Part shown: piece by piece, positions 12,193 through 23,365 of the stretch
Position numbering within the stretch: position 1 is the stretch's first letter
How the letters are laid out: each line of letters starts with the position of its first letter
Assembly (NCBI RefSeq): GCF_018977255.1
Contig: NW_024704743.1
Coordinates: 34,412,001 to 34,476,000, forward strand
DNA length: 64,000 nt
Origin: Callorhinchus milii
Lineage: Eukaryota
Direction of reading: 5' to 3'
Notes under the pieces: model-generated
The model's input: only the letters and a program-made list of their open reading frames with translations
Told to the model about the DNA's origin: nothing
The model's database searches: none
Translations under genes and position numbers: made by a program

Positions 12193-14451
12193 CTGCTATA
12201 TCAGGACAAAATCAGTTAAGAACAAATTCCATCATTCACCTTCCATGCACATTACAAAACCTGTAAATTCATCAACCATCATCCATACACATTACCATAT
12301 ACCAGTAACAACAACAACTTGCATTTATCTTGCATCCTTCTTGCAGAATAGTGTCTCGGAGTGCTCCACAGTGATGGGGTTGAACACCAAGCAAGGCAGA
12401 GGGATTCTCAGTATCGCTTCACCCTGAGGCTGCAATTCATTGTCTTGGCTGACACTTCATTACAATACCAGGGAGATGATGAATTGTCAGGGGCTTTTAC
12501 CCTATGAATGAATGGCTAAACCAAGACTTGTCTGCCTAATTTGAAAAGGACATTCGAGTTCCTATGGCACTATTCAAAAAGAAAAGGGAGTTTCTTTTTG
12601 GTGTCCTTGTGAGCAACCCTCAAAATAAGGTTGATCATTCACCTCATGGTTGCTTGTGGAACTTTGCTGTGTGCAAAATAGCTGCTGCATTTGCCTACAA
12701 GAAACAGTCAATTAATTTAAAAATTATTTGTGAAGTGCTTTGAGACATCTTGACATAAGATGTCATATAAATGCCAATTCTTAATTCTTTCTTAATAGTT
12801 TAATTGAGGGATTTTTTTTCCTGTATCCTGGTCAACAATCATGCAAATAAAATTGGTCAGTCGCCTCATGGCTGTTTGTGGGATAATGCTGTCTGCAAAT
12901 TGGCTACCACTTTTGACAACAAAGTTTAGTGACTGTTTACGGGCAAACATTCATAATCCGGTATGTGAAGACAGTGTGTTCAGTCTAAATTCTAAGCATA
13001 GTGTAGGAACTATTGAGCTACAGTTTTGTAAGGATTACCTCCGCTGATTCACTATCAGGTCACTGATTTTACTGTTATTTCCATTTGTTAGTCACTTTCC
13101 CATTCATCCCCTGAGGCAATGAATATTGCACCATAAGTCCCACACCGCCTGGGTTTGTAAACTATAACAAAAGATTGTGCTGGTTCAGTAATGCACATAC
13201 CCAGTGCTACCATTGTTCACTTTTTCTGTATTGTCCAACCATTGTAGTGAACAGTAAAAGAAAACAGTTTTACACAATGCAAACTAATACATTTGAATGC
13301 AGCTGCAGTACTTTCATTGACATTTCTAGGCCAATGTCAAAACAGAGGATTTTGAAAAGCTCCTGAGCATGTAATGTAATCAAATCCGTAAAGGTGCCCA
13401 GATTTTAGCAATTATAGAGAACACAATCTTATCAATGAAAACTGAATACAAATAATAAAACCTTCCCCTTTAAGACAAAGTAAGACAGGAGGAGAACATG
13501 TTTGATTCGGTTTTGTTTAGACAAATTAATTAATTTTACCACAGACACATCCATTTCACTGCACTTTAGAATTGTGATCCATCAGATTTTTTCCTGAAAA
13601 TGCAGCTGTTGAGGCAGCGAGGAATAATGAGATGACATGAACTAGGAGCATACATGGATGAGGAATATGGGGCTAAACATTTCACAAAATGTGGCCCGTC
13701 ATACACTGACTGCCCAAAATAACCTTGTAATCTGGTCCCTGTGGGGTCAAAATGTGGTAAGTGATGTGATAATTATCCTGGTGATAAATATCCCCTCATG
13801 AAACATTCGAATCCTAAAATATGTCAAGATACCCCAGTCAACAACCATTGCGGGGAAATATTCCCCGCGCCCCCCACCAGGCCTGACTTTGTTCTAAAGG
13901 TTTTGCCCATCAGTCTCTTGCTCCAGCTGCTAAGTTGGCATACCGGTACCTCTTGATCTTGCCACTGCGCAGATCACAAAATTTCATTGCTGGTCTGGAG
14001 AATGCCAGCTGAATTGAACTCCCAGAATTTCAGGGCTGGTTTGAGAAATACCGGCACAATTCAACAGTGAAAATTGAACAAAGCCTGTTTTCTGGTTGAA
14101 AGCCTGGTTGAAATGCTGCGATCTATGCTTCAGGAAGCTCGGGAACAATGTTAGGCAGAGGGAGGAGAACATGGGGAGGAGGCGGCTGGGAAGGGGATGC
14201 TCATCATTTGGATATCTCCGGGAGTGGAATATGCCAAAATAGGGTAATTGTCACTTCACAGATCGCATTCTTAAACTATATGTCTTGATAATGGGATGGA
14301 GACAGTAAAACGATAGCTAGGGATTATCACGTGAGGACTAATATCTCAGTTATATGTAAAAGGTTTTCTGTATATAGAATTCTGCACGTACCCAGATGTG
14401 CTGATCTTGTGCTTACCCATCTGAAATCCTTCCAGTCACAGTCTTGGCTGA

Positions 14452-14795
14452 TAATAATAATCTTTCCATTTGATACAGCGGCTTTCACGTCAGGAGAACG
14501 ACTCATTGGATTTGCTGTAGTGTAGATCAGAAGTGTAGTGCATTTTGTCAGCAAATGTGGGAGTCAAATTGAATATAACTATGTCCCACAAACAGCTATG
14601 AAGTGAATGACCAATTTTATCTGGGGGAATGTTGGCCAGGAGATTGGAAAGTAACTCCCTTTTCTTTTCGAATAGTGCCATTGGAACTTTAACATCCATC
14701 TGAACAGGCAGACTTAACTCCTCATCTGAAGCCGACACCTGGAGTGCAGCCTAGACTGAGTTCAAAGTCCTGACCAGTGGCTTGAGCCTACAACC
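14452..14795 (-). mobile_element. Older Deu-type SINE (SacSINE-like); related relics near 3030-3200, 5275-5420, 12440-12780, 20657-20965, 37290-37635, 50722-50972, 56805-57080, 62560-62720
   Basis: Recurrent ttcagatggatgttaaagatcccatggcactattcgaa...gctgtttgtggga core with L2-like tail. Confidence 0.65.
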
Positions 14796-15076
14796 TAATC
14801 TCCCAACAGACATCAATGAGTCCTTCAATGAGTATCTATTATGAGTATCCACTCACTGAGTATTTATAATATTTGATAGCAAAAATATTTTTTCTACATC
14901 GCTCTGGATTGTCTGAGCTATTTTGATCAGAAGTTAGTTTTTTATTCTTTACAGCTCTGCATGTTTGTCAGCCATTGCACTACATAGAGTTATTTGTTAA
15001 TTTGTTGCCTTCATAAATGACTTTTATAGCTTGTTTTTCATTCGTGTTTAATCTGCACCTTCATCACCCTTTAATG

Positions 15077-17960
15077 ACAACAACAACAACAACTTGGATT
15101 TATGTAGTGCCCTCCACGCCGGACAGCGTCTCAGAGCGCTTTACAGTAATGAAGCCCGGAGCCGAGCCAGGGGGAGGGGAGGAAGGTGACCAAATGCGCA
15201 GTCAAAAAGAGAGGTCTTCAGTAGGGACCTGAAAGTAGGAAGAGAGGGGGCGAGGTGAAGGGAGTGAGGAAGGGAATTCCAGAGCCTCGGGGCACAGTGA
15301 CTGAAGGCACTGCCGCCGAGGGTGGAGCAGAGGACTTGGGGGATGAGGAGAAGGCCAGACCCGGAAGAACGAATGCAACAGGCACTGTTTTGAGGAGAGA
15401 GCAGGTCAGAGAGGTACGGGGGGTGCAGAGAAGTGGAGGGATTGCGTACGGGTTCAGAGAGTTTTGGGGGGAGGTCGGGTAGGTGGAGGAGGTGAGAGCC
15501 ATGGGATTTGAGACGTTGACGAGAGCCAAAGAGTATGGCTTCCGTCTTGTCGACGTTCAGTTGAAGGAAATTTGCGCTCATCCAGCCTCTGAGATCTGAC
15601 AGGCAGAATGACAGAACAACAAGGGACTGGGGGTCGCAAAGAGAGGTGGAAAATAGAGTTGGGTGTCGTCCGCGTACATGTGGAAATGTACTCCATGTCT
15701 GTGGATGACATCCCCAAGAGGGAGAATGTAGATCAGAAAGAGAAGGGGGCCAAGGATGGATCCTTGGGGTACCCCACAGGTAACCGGGTGAGAGCGGGAG
15801 GAGAAACCATTTGTGCAGATGTACTGCTGGCGGTTTGTGAGGCAGGACTCGAAGCAGGTGAGTGCGGTCCCACTGAGGTGGATGAAGGAGAAAAGGCGGT
15901 GGAGGAGGATGGCGTGATCGACTGTGTCGAACACGGCGGAGATGTCCAGGAGGACAAGGAAGCACAGGGAGCCCTGGTCACAGATAGAGAGGATATCATT
16001 TATAAATTTCACAAGCGCAGTCTCTGTACTGTGGGCGGAAACCGGATTGGAGGGGTTCGAAGAGGGAGTAGGAGGAGAGGTGTGCACGAAGTTGATCGGC
16101 AACAACGCGTTCTAAGACTTTAGCGAGGAAGGGCAGGTTAGAAATGGGGCAGTAGTGGCTGAGGTTTGAGGGATCCAGGGAAGGTTTTTTGAGGAGGGGT
16201 TTATGACAGCAGTTTTGAGGGTGGCAGGGAGTGATCCAGAGGAGAGGGACTGGTTGATGACATCAGCCAGTAATGGGCAGAGGAGGGGGAGCTGGGTGAC
16301 CAGCAAATTGGTGGGGAGGCGGTCGAGGCAGCAGGTGGTGGGTTTCATGGAGGTGATGATGGGTGAGAGGGAGGAGGGAGAGATGGGGAGGAAGGAATGT
16401 AGGATGGGGGTGGTGGTAGGAGCAGATGATGAGGAGGGTGAGGGGGCCAGAGAGGGCATGGTGGTGGGTGACAAGAGGCAGGTAGATGAGGCTACCTGGC
16501 GGATTTTGTAAATTTTAGATGAGAAGAAGTCCATGACCTCCTCGCACTTGGCATTGGATATGAAGATTAAGGAGGCCTGAGGGGGGGTGGCATAGAGGAG
16601 GTAGTGGGTGGTAGAAAGAAGGACTTTCGGGTTGTGTTTAGCCTCCAAGATGATGTTGGAGTAGAAGGCCGTTTTTGCGCGTGTCAAACAACGACGGTAG
16701 CAGTGGAGATGCTCAAGTCACAGTTGGCGGTGGACTGTCAGGTCAGTTTTCTGCCATCTGCGCTCGAGTAGCCGGGTTTGGGTTTTTAGGGAGCGGAGAT
16801 GGTTGTTGTATCAGGGGGATCGGGTGGGATTGGAGATGGTCCTGGATTTCAGGGGGACGAAGGAGTTGAAGGTGGAGGAGAGGCGATCATGGAGCAGCTG
16901 AACAGCTGCTTCAGATCTCCACTGGTGGAAGGCCAGAGGAATAGGATGTTTGATGATGCGAGGGCCTTTGTGAGGGTCTCAGGGGGTAGCCTTTTCCAAG
17001 GGCGGTAGAGGGTGGTTGGGGGCTTGGTGGAGGAGAGAGGGATGTGAGAGGAGAAGGAGATGAGGAAGTGGTCCGAGATGGCCTTGTCCACAGTGCTGAG
17101 GTCGGAAATGTCAAGGCCGTGGATGATAACGAGTTCAAGGGCATGACCACGGTTGTGAGTAGGTGAATTTATGTGAAGGGTGAGGTTAAGGGAGGAGAGG
17201 AGGACCATGAAGTCGGCAGAAGTAGTGCAGGTGGAGTTTAAGTGGAGGTTGAAATCGCCCATTATGAGCACGCACTCGGAGCAGAGGGACAGGGAAGAGA
17301 GGAGAGTGGAGATGTCTGTGTGGAAGGAGCTGGGGGGCTTAGGGGGGCGGTAGACAGGGAGGATTTTCAATGGGAGAGAGGGGTGGAAGAGGGTGAGGTA
17401 CTCAAAAGAGGGGAAACAGCCAGAGGAGAAGGGGGTGAGACCAAGGGAGGTTTTGGATATGAAGGCCACCCCGCCGCCATGTTGGTTTGGACGTGGTGTG
17501 TGGTGGAAGGTGTAGCCTGGAGGTGAGGCTTCCACTCGGGGGACGGGGTCATTGGGAGAGAGCTAGGTTTCGGTGAGCCCAAGAATATCAAGGTGCTCAT
17601 CCAGGATGAGGTCGTGGATGGTTAGGGCTTTATTTGAGAGGGTACGGACGTTTTGGAGGGAAATGCGAGTGGATTTGCTGGAAGGAGGGGAGGGAGGAGA
17701 GAGTGATGCAGAGAGGATTTTTGGGTGTACGGGAGAGATGGTTGTGGAGAGTGGTGTGAGTGGAGTGTTGGGGAGGGTACGTATGAGGGAGGGGGAAGTT
17801 GGATTTGCCTTAAGGAGGCGGTTTGAGTTGAGGGAGTGAGTGATGGGACACGTAGGGTTGTTGCTCTGGGACAGCCAGTGCCGGGAGCCACGATGGGCCT
17901 GGCGGAGGATGCCCAGGCTGGAGCAGAGGGAAGTGGTGATTGGGTCGAGGAGAGATATGG
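15077..17960 (-). mobile_element. L2 LINE with most of ORF2 (APE endonuclease plus RT), frameshifted, with an internal deletion near 15440
   Basis: LQNVRTLSNK, DILGLTET, GGGVA, GDFNLH, SDHFLI (APE); [38 protein letters not shown] (RT); (GTT)n tail. Confidence 0.95.
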
Positions 17961-20900
17961 AAAGCATGGAAAGCAAATCTTGCACAGATTTAACTGGTAT
18001 TTAACCAGCATTCTGTGACATTCGCAAGAGCAGCTGCTCCAGATGGATATAAAATAATTAATTCTATTTGAGAAGGATTATTTTCACCCCTTAAGGACAA
18101 TAAGCAAATCAAGGCTTCTAGAAACTGAAGATTTAATTGCCAAGGCAACTCAATTAGATTATTAGTGAAATTGGCCTTAGATCTTCTTGTGAAACATGCT
18201 TATAAAACAATAAGCTCATACTACTTTTCCACAGTGGGCAGAACACAAACTAACTTGAATTACCTGAGCCTTTTTCTCTACTGTTGGATCTGTGTTCGTA
18301 CTTTTTGGGGGGTCAGCCAGTCGGTGTCTGACACGTGCGAAAACCCATCACCTTGATGAAGAGTATCCAAACCAGAGAGAGTTCCATATGTGTATCCCAC
18401 CAGGACATGGACATTTCCCCGTGTTTGGAGCGTTCTATTGTTGGTATCTAAACGTTCAAGGGTGGAGGCAAATAACATTACTGATGTAAGAAGGACCTTC
18501 AAGACCATTTCCCCCCCAATCACCTCTACTCACATAACAGTAATGGAACTGATTAAAAATAAAGGGTGGAAGGAAATTTACTTCATATTCGGGTGCCTCT
18601 ACTGGTCAACGCTATCAGGATTTAGGTAGCGTTCAAACGGGAAAAACTGTTTCAAAAGTCTCACAAGTGCAAAATGTTTATAATGAAAAAAAGCAGAAAC
18701 CCAGGATTTGTAATGTAAAAACTGCAGCTGCACTAAAGCAAAGCTCAAATGGTAAAAACAGCTTGTACTGATGCATAAGGAAGCTTCACAATGTTAATCT
18801 TTCACTGAAAGCAATTTAAAACAACAACACTTTACATTTATATTCTGTAGTGACTTTCACATCAGGAGGATGTCTCAAAGCAGCTTCACGCAGCTGATTG
18901 GACACCCAATCTGGTGAAATGGTATTGACTGAACGAAACGACTGAAAGTATGATCAAAAAGAAAGGTCTTAAAGCACGTTTTAAAGGAGGGGAGGGTGGT
19001 AAAACAAATGAATCAGCAAAGCTTTAGTATTACACTTGAAACGTTTGCTCAATGAATGCAGGAAATGAATGAAATCTGAAATACCAGCGCCTCCACTTTA
19101 AAACAACAACAAGATTACATTTGTACAGCGCCTTTCAGGTCGGGAAAATCACTCACAGTGCAGGTGGCAGTGCAATATGAAAGAAGGAACAGTTTGCCTT
19201 TGGGGCCAGTACTGAAACGCATCCCTTAATACAGTTTCATGTGGGACTTTGTTGCAGACGATCAGTCAGTGTGGTATTATGGCTCTTACATCCTAGTATT
19301 CAGGCTCCTCATCTCAATGTTAGTCAGCAAAGGAAAGAGTTTAGCTAAAAAGTCTTGGCACCTTTTTAAAAAAAACCAATAATTACCTAAATTGACTTGA
19401 CTTCATGTTTGCCTTTGAAGAGAGATTTGAAAATGTTGAGAAATAAGCTGTCTGAAGCTGACTGAAATTAATTACTTAGACTTGTTACCATTGCTCCTGG
19501 GTACCTGCTCACATGTTTTATAGCAATAGTATTACATTCGAGAATCTGCTTAACTTGTTGCCTCTGGTGATAAATTACCTTTCCACATTGGCTGGATTAT
19601 AAAGTTACACAAGTCTAGGTAAAGTGATTGAACATTAAAAATTAAACACAGAGTAACTTGACTTGTAGCCCTGTAAGCGGTTTCAGCTGCCTGGGACTTA
19701 GCTGTGACGAGGAGCTAATTTAGTTGAGTGGATAGGAATACTTCTACGAGGAAGTAAAATCAGCCCAACAGAACGCTTGGTGCAACCTCAGATCTCTCAT
19801 TGCAATTAACTACCCACCACCTGGTGCAATAATATCAGTTTCTCATTAGAGTGTAATACTCTTTGGATTGGTGTAAACATGCAATTGGTTTTTATATTCA
19901 TGGTTTTTGATCCTTATTGGCACAAATGATAGAACATTTCACAGCCAATAACTGCAGCTGAGATTCCCTACTCCTCTCCATTAGTCCCACTTACTGCAAG
20001 ACCAAGGAACGCGTATCAAAGGTAATATCGAGGAGATTTGGTTTCTTTCTTATTGCCCCCTCTATAACTGACAATTACTATCTCTATATAGAAAGCAATT
20101 CTCTTTACGACCAGGCTAAGGGAAAAAAATAATAAATAATAATTTGGTCACTCAATCCACAAATGGGACACTGTTGTGTGCAATTGACTGCCATGTTTTG
20201 CCCACAAAATACACTTTGAGATGTCTCAATGTCATGATTAGACGCTATATCAAATGCAACAATGATTATTAATGCTATTATTCTGAGTTTCTTGAGGCAA
20301 AGTTCTGGAATAAAAAAAACTATTGCATGTTACCATTGCACAATACATGATAACACTGAATATGTATTCACTTTCTCATATCGTTTTGCAAACCCAGGGC
20401 TCAGGCTGGATCCTCTTTCACAGATAGGGAGGAAAGGCCAGAGGGAAAGTTCTTTGGTTACAAAGCAGTATTAGCAGAGAGTTGGGACTGGCTGTTCAGC
20501 TCCTTCTCTCAGCTTGATATGGCAGAGCAAGCAATAAACCATATTCATTTAGTAATCAGTGAAGTGCTTTGGGACATCCTCCTGAAAGGTGCTATACCAG
20601 TAAAGATTATTATATTACTATTTCACCTTGGACACATTTTGGTCTATGATCAAATAGTAATAATCTTTACATTTGGTGTAGCACCTTTCATGTTAGGAGG
20701 GTGTCCCAAAGCACTTCACAAGATATACTGCGAAGGGATGTGACTGTACGAATGCGGCAGGCAATTGTCCCACAAACAGCTAGTGAATATCCAATTTTAT
20801 TTAGGGAATTGTTGGTCAGGACACTGAGTCAGGACCCTTCTCTTTTCGAATAGTGCCATGGGATCTTTAATGTCCATCTGAACAGTTTGGACCTTGGTGC

Positions 20901-22344
20901 AGATGAGTCATTCAAAGTCTCATCTGAAGCATGGGATCTCCAGCAATGCACCATTGGAGTGTCTTGAGGGACTGGAAAAGAATTAGTTAGAGTGGAAGAC
21001 ACTTGACCTGGTGCGCTTTAGCTAAAAGCAAAAAGTAGGAGTAAATGGATGTTTTTCAAATTAACGGGTGATGACATACGAGTAGCTCATAGAATATTAT
21101 AAAGGTTTGTGCCAATTTCTCTCCTGTTCTTGGTATATGTAAATTACATGGGTAGATATTTAAAATTTGCATGCGATACCAAATTAGGAGCATAGCAAAT
21201 TGTGAAGAAGAATGCTGGAGAATACAGGGCCACTTAAACCAAACAAGACATTTGGTTAGATGTGAATGAGATTGAATACTGAATAATACCGACTACTGAA
21301 TAATGAATAATGTGTCTTGGTAAACTTTTGGAAAACATGATGTGGAATGGAAATATACCCTATTGTAAAACAAAGAGATCTGGGGATGCAGATACAAAGT
21401 ACTTTAATGCCTTGCTCCCAGAAATTCAGTGACGAGCAGCTGGAAGCAGGATTCAGTACCAGCTATGTTCTGTGCTTTCACCGACCACCAATTTTGCACG
21501 ACTCTGTAAATAAAATGAACAAAAAAATGCCAATCTCCACTTCCTGGATAACTAAGACAATTCTCAGTTCAGTCACCAAATAGAGCACAGTGCAATGTAC
21601 ACTGTTCAGACCTTATGTTCTAACAGGACAGAAAGCAGACACCCATATTTTAGTATTTTAGTTTATAATGAAAGATCCTACAGCATTAAACGCTTATGTA
21701 CATCCTTCACGTAACAGCAAGGGTTGGGGCAAAGGCATGTGACCTGCAGAAATTCGTTTAATAATGTCATTGAAATACTTTACAATTACTATATATTGTA
21801 ACCTCCCGCTAAAAAAAATTTCATCTTCAAACTGCGCAATAAAAATCATCTTTCACTTGCTTGGTAACCTCCAGAGTGGAATTCTGAACTCTGGGTCTCA
21901 CTCCAAACAGCAATATGGTAAAATAGTGTAAAATGCAGTACCTGGTTCTGAAGCTACATACTGACTTTGAACCTATTTGAGTTGGATCCCAACAACCTTT
22001 ATGGACTACTGGTGTCTCACGCCTCTGGCCTGGGTATAAGCCCAGGTCTTGCTGAGTAGATTTCCAGTGAATACCACTCACTGCTGCTTGCAGTGTCTGG
22101 GAGGTATTGTGCGTCTCGTATCTCACAAATTGTATTTCAAAGCCTTCTGGACACAAGAGCAATTTGGGGCAGCCATATTCACTCGGTAAGTAATGTATAA
22201 TGATTTCACACTATAACACCAGGTACGTTTACATACTATTGCTCACTAGATCCGGACTACACAGGCCTGGGGGCAAGGGCAGCTGGAGCAGGTGTGGGTT
22301 AATTGCATCTAGCGAGGTGTGCTGAGGGAGGGGTTTCTCACTTC

Positions 22345-23102
22345 ATGCTGTGGTCAGTGAGTGAAGGAGGGAGAGTGTTCTGTGGTCAGTGAGGGAGGGA
22401 GTGAGGGTGTGCTGTGGTCAGTGAGTGAGGGAGGGAGTGAGGGTGTGCTGTGGTCAGTGAGTGAGGGAGGGTGGTTGATGAGGGGGTGTGGGTGCGGTGT
22501 TCAGTGAGGGGGGGGTGCGGTGGTCGGTGAGGGGGTTGCGGTGGTCGAGGAGGGGGGTGGGTGCGGTGGTTGGTGAGAGGTGGTGTGGTGGTCGGTGAGG
22601 GGGCGCGGGTGTGGTAGTTGGTGAGGGGGTGTGCGGTGGTCGGTGAGGGGGTGTGCAGTGGTTGGGGAGGGGGGTGTGGGTGCGGTGGTCGGTGAGGGGG
22701 GTTTGGGTGCGGTGGTCGTTGAGGGGGGCTGGGTGCGGTGGTCGGTGAGGGGGGTGCAGTGTTCAGTGAGGGGGGTGCAGTGTTCAGTGAGGGGGGTGCG
22801 GTGGTTGGTGAGGGGGGTGCGATGGTTGGTGAGGGGTGTGCGGTGGTCGGTGAGGGGGGTGCGGTGGTTGGTGAGGGGGGGGTGGGTGCGGTGGTCGGTG
22901 ATGGGTTTGCGGTGGTCGATGAGGGGTCTGGGTGCGGTGGTTGGTGAGGGGGGGCAGGTGCGGTAGTTGGTGAGGGGGATTGAGGTGGTCGGTGACGGGG
23001 TGTGCGGTAGTTGGTGAGGGGCGTGGGTGAGTGGATGACCGATGAGGGGCAGTGCGGGTGCGGTGGTCGGTGAGTGGGGGGTAGACGACGGTGGTTAGTG
23101 AG
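22345..23102 (+). repeat. G-rich minisatellite: ~33-bp units grading into ~21-bp GGTGCGGTGGTCGGTGAGGGG units
   Basis: Visible tandem periodicity and extreme G/T strand skew. Confidence 0.9.
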
Positions 23103-23362
23103 CGGAGTGTCTTTCTGCAGTTAACTGGCATGAAGTTGAGGAAGTTGGGTTTGGAGATGCGTGTAGTGCACCCGCATAACGCAGTTAATCCACTTTAGAG
23201 TATGTCTGGAAGCACGTTGAGACGTCTCAACAACCTGATAAGGCGTTATGTCAAATCCAAGGATTATTATTTTTTAACAGGCTGCAGAAGAGCGGTGCTG
23301 AGTCTGTGGGTGGTGGCCTCAGTTCTCTCTTAAAGAGAGAGACTTGAAAGGTGAAAGTTGCG

Positions 23363-23365
23363 ATG
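23363..23365 (+). CDS. SYCP2L: SYCP2L exon 1 coding part (ATG only)
   Basis: gttgcgATG followed directly by perfect donor gtgagt; phase 0 fits exon 2. Confidence 0.55.

Noticed and set aside
13850..13868. GCGGGGAA-ATA-TTCCCCGC hairpin
   Set aside because: Isolated 8-bp stem with no associated feature.
15141..18018. Numerous overlapping 60-270 aa ORFs (also 35-37, 43-45, 53-55 kb)
   Set aside because: Frameshifted LINE ORF2 pieces and their antisense shadows, not host genes.
22631..23131. Repetitive ORFs (VRGVRW / AVVGEGG / PPHQPPH)
   Set aside because: Translations of the minisatellite.
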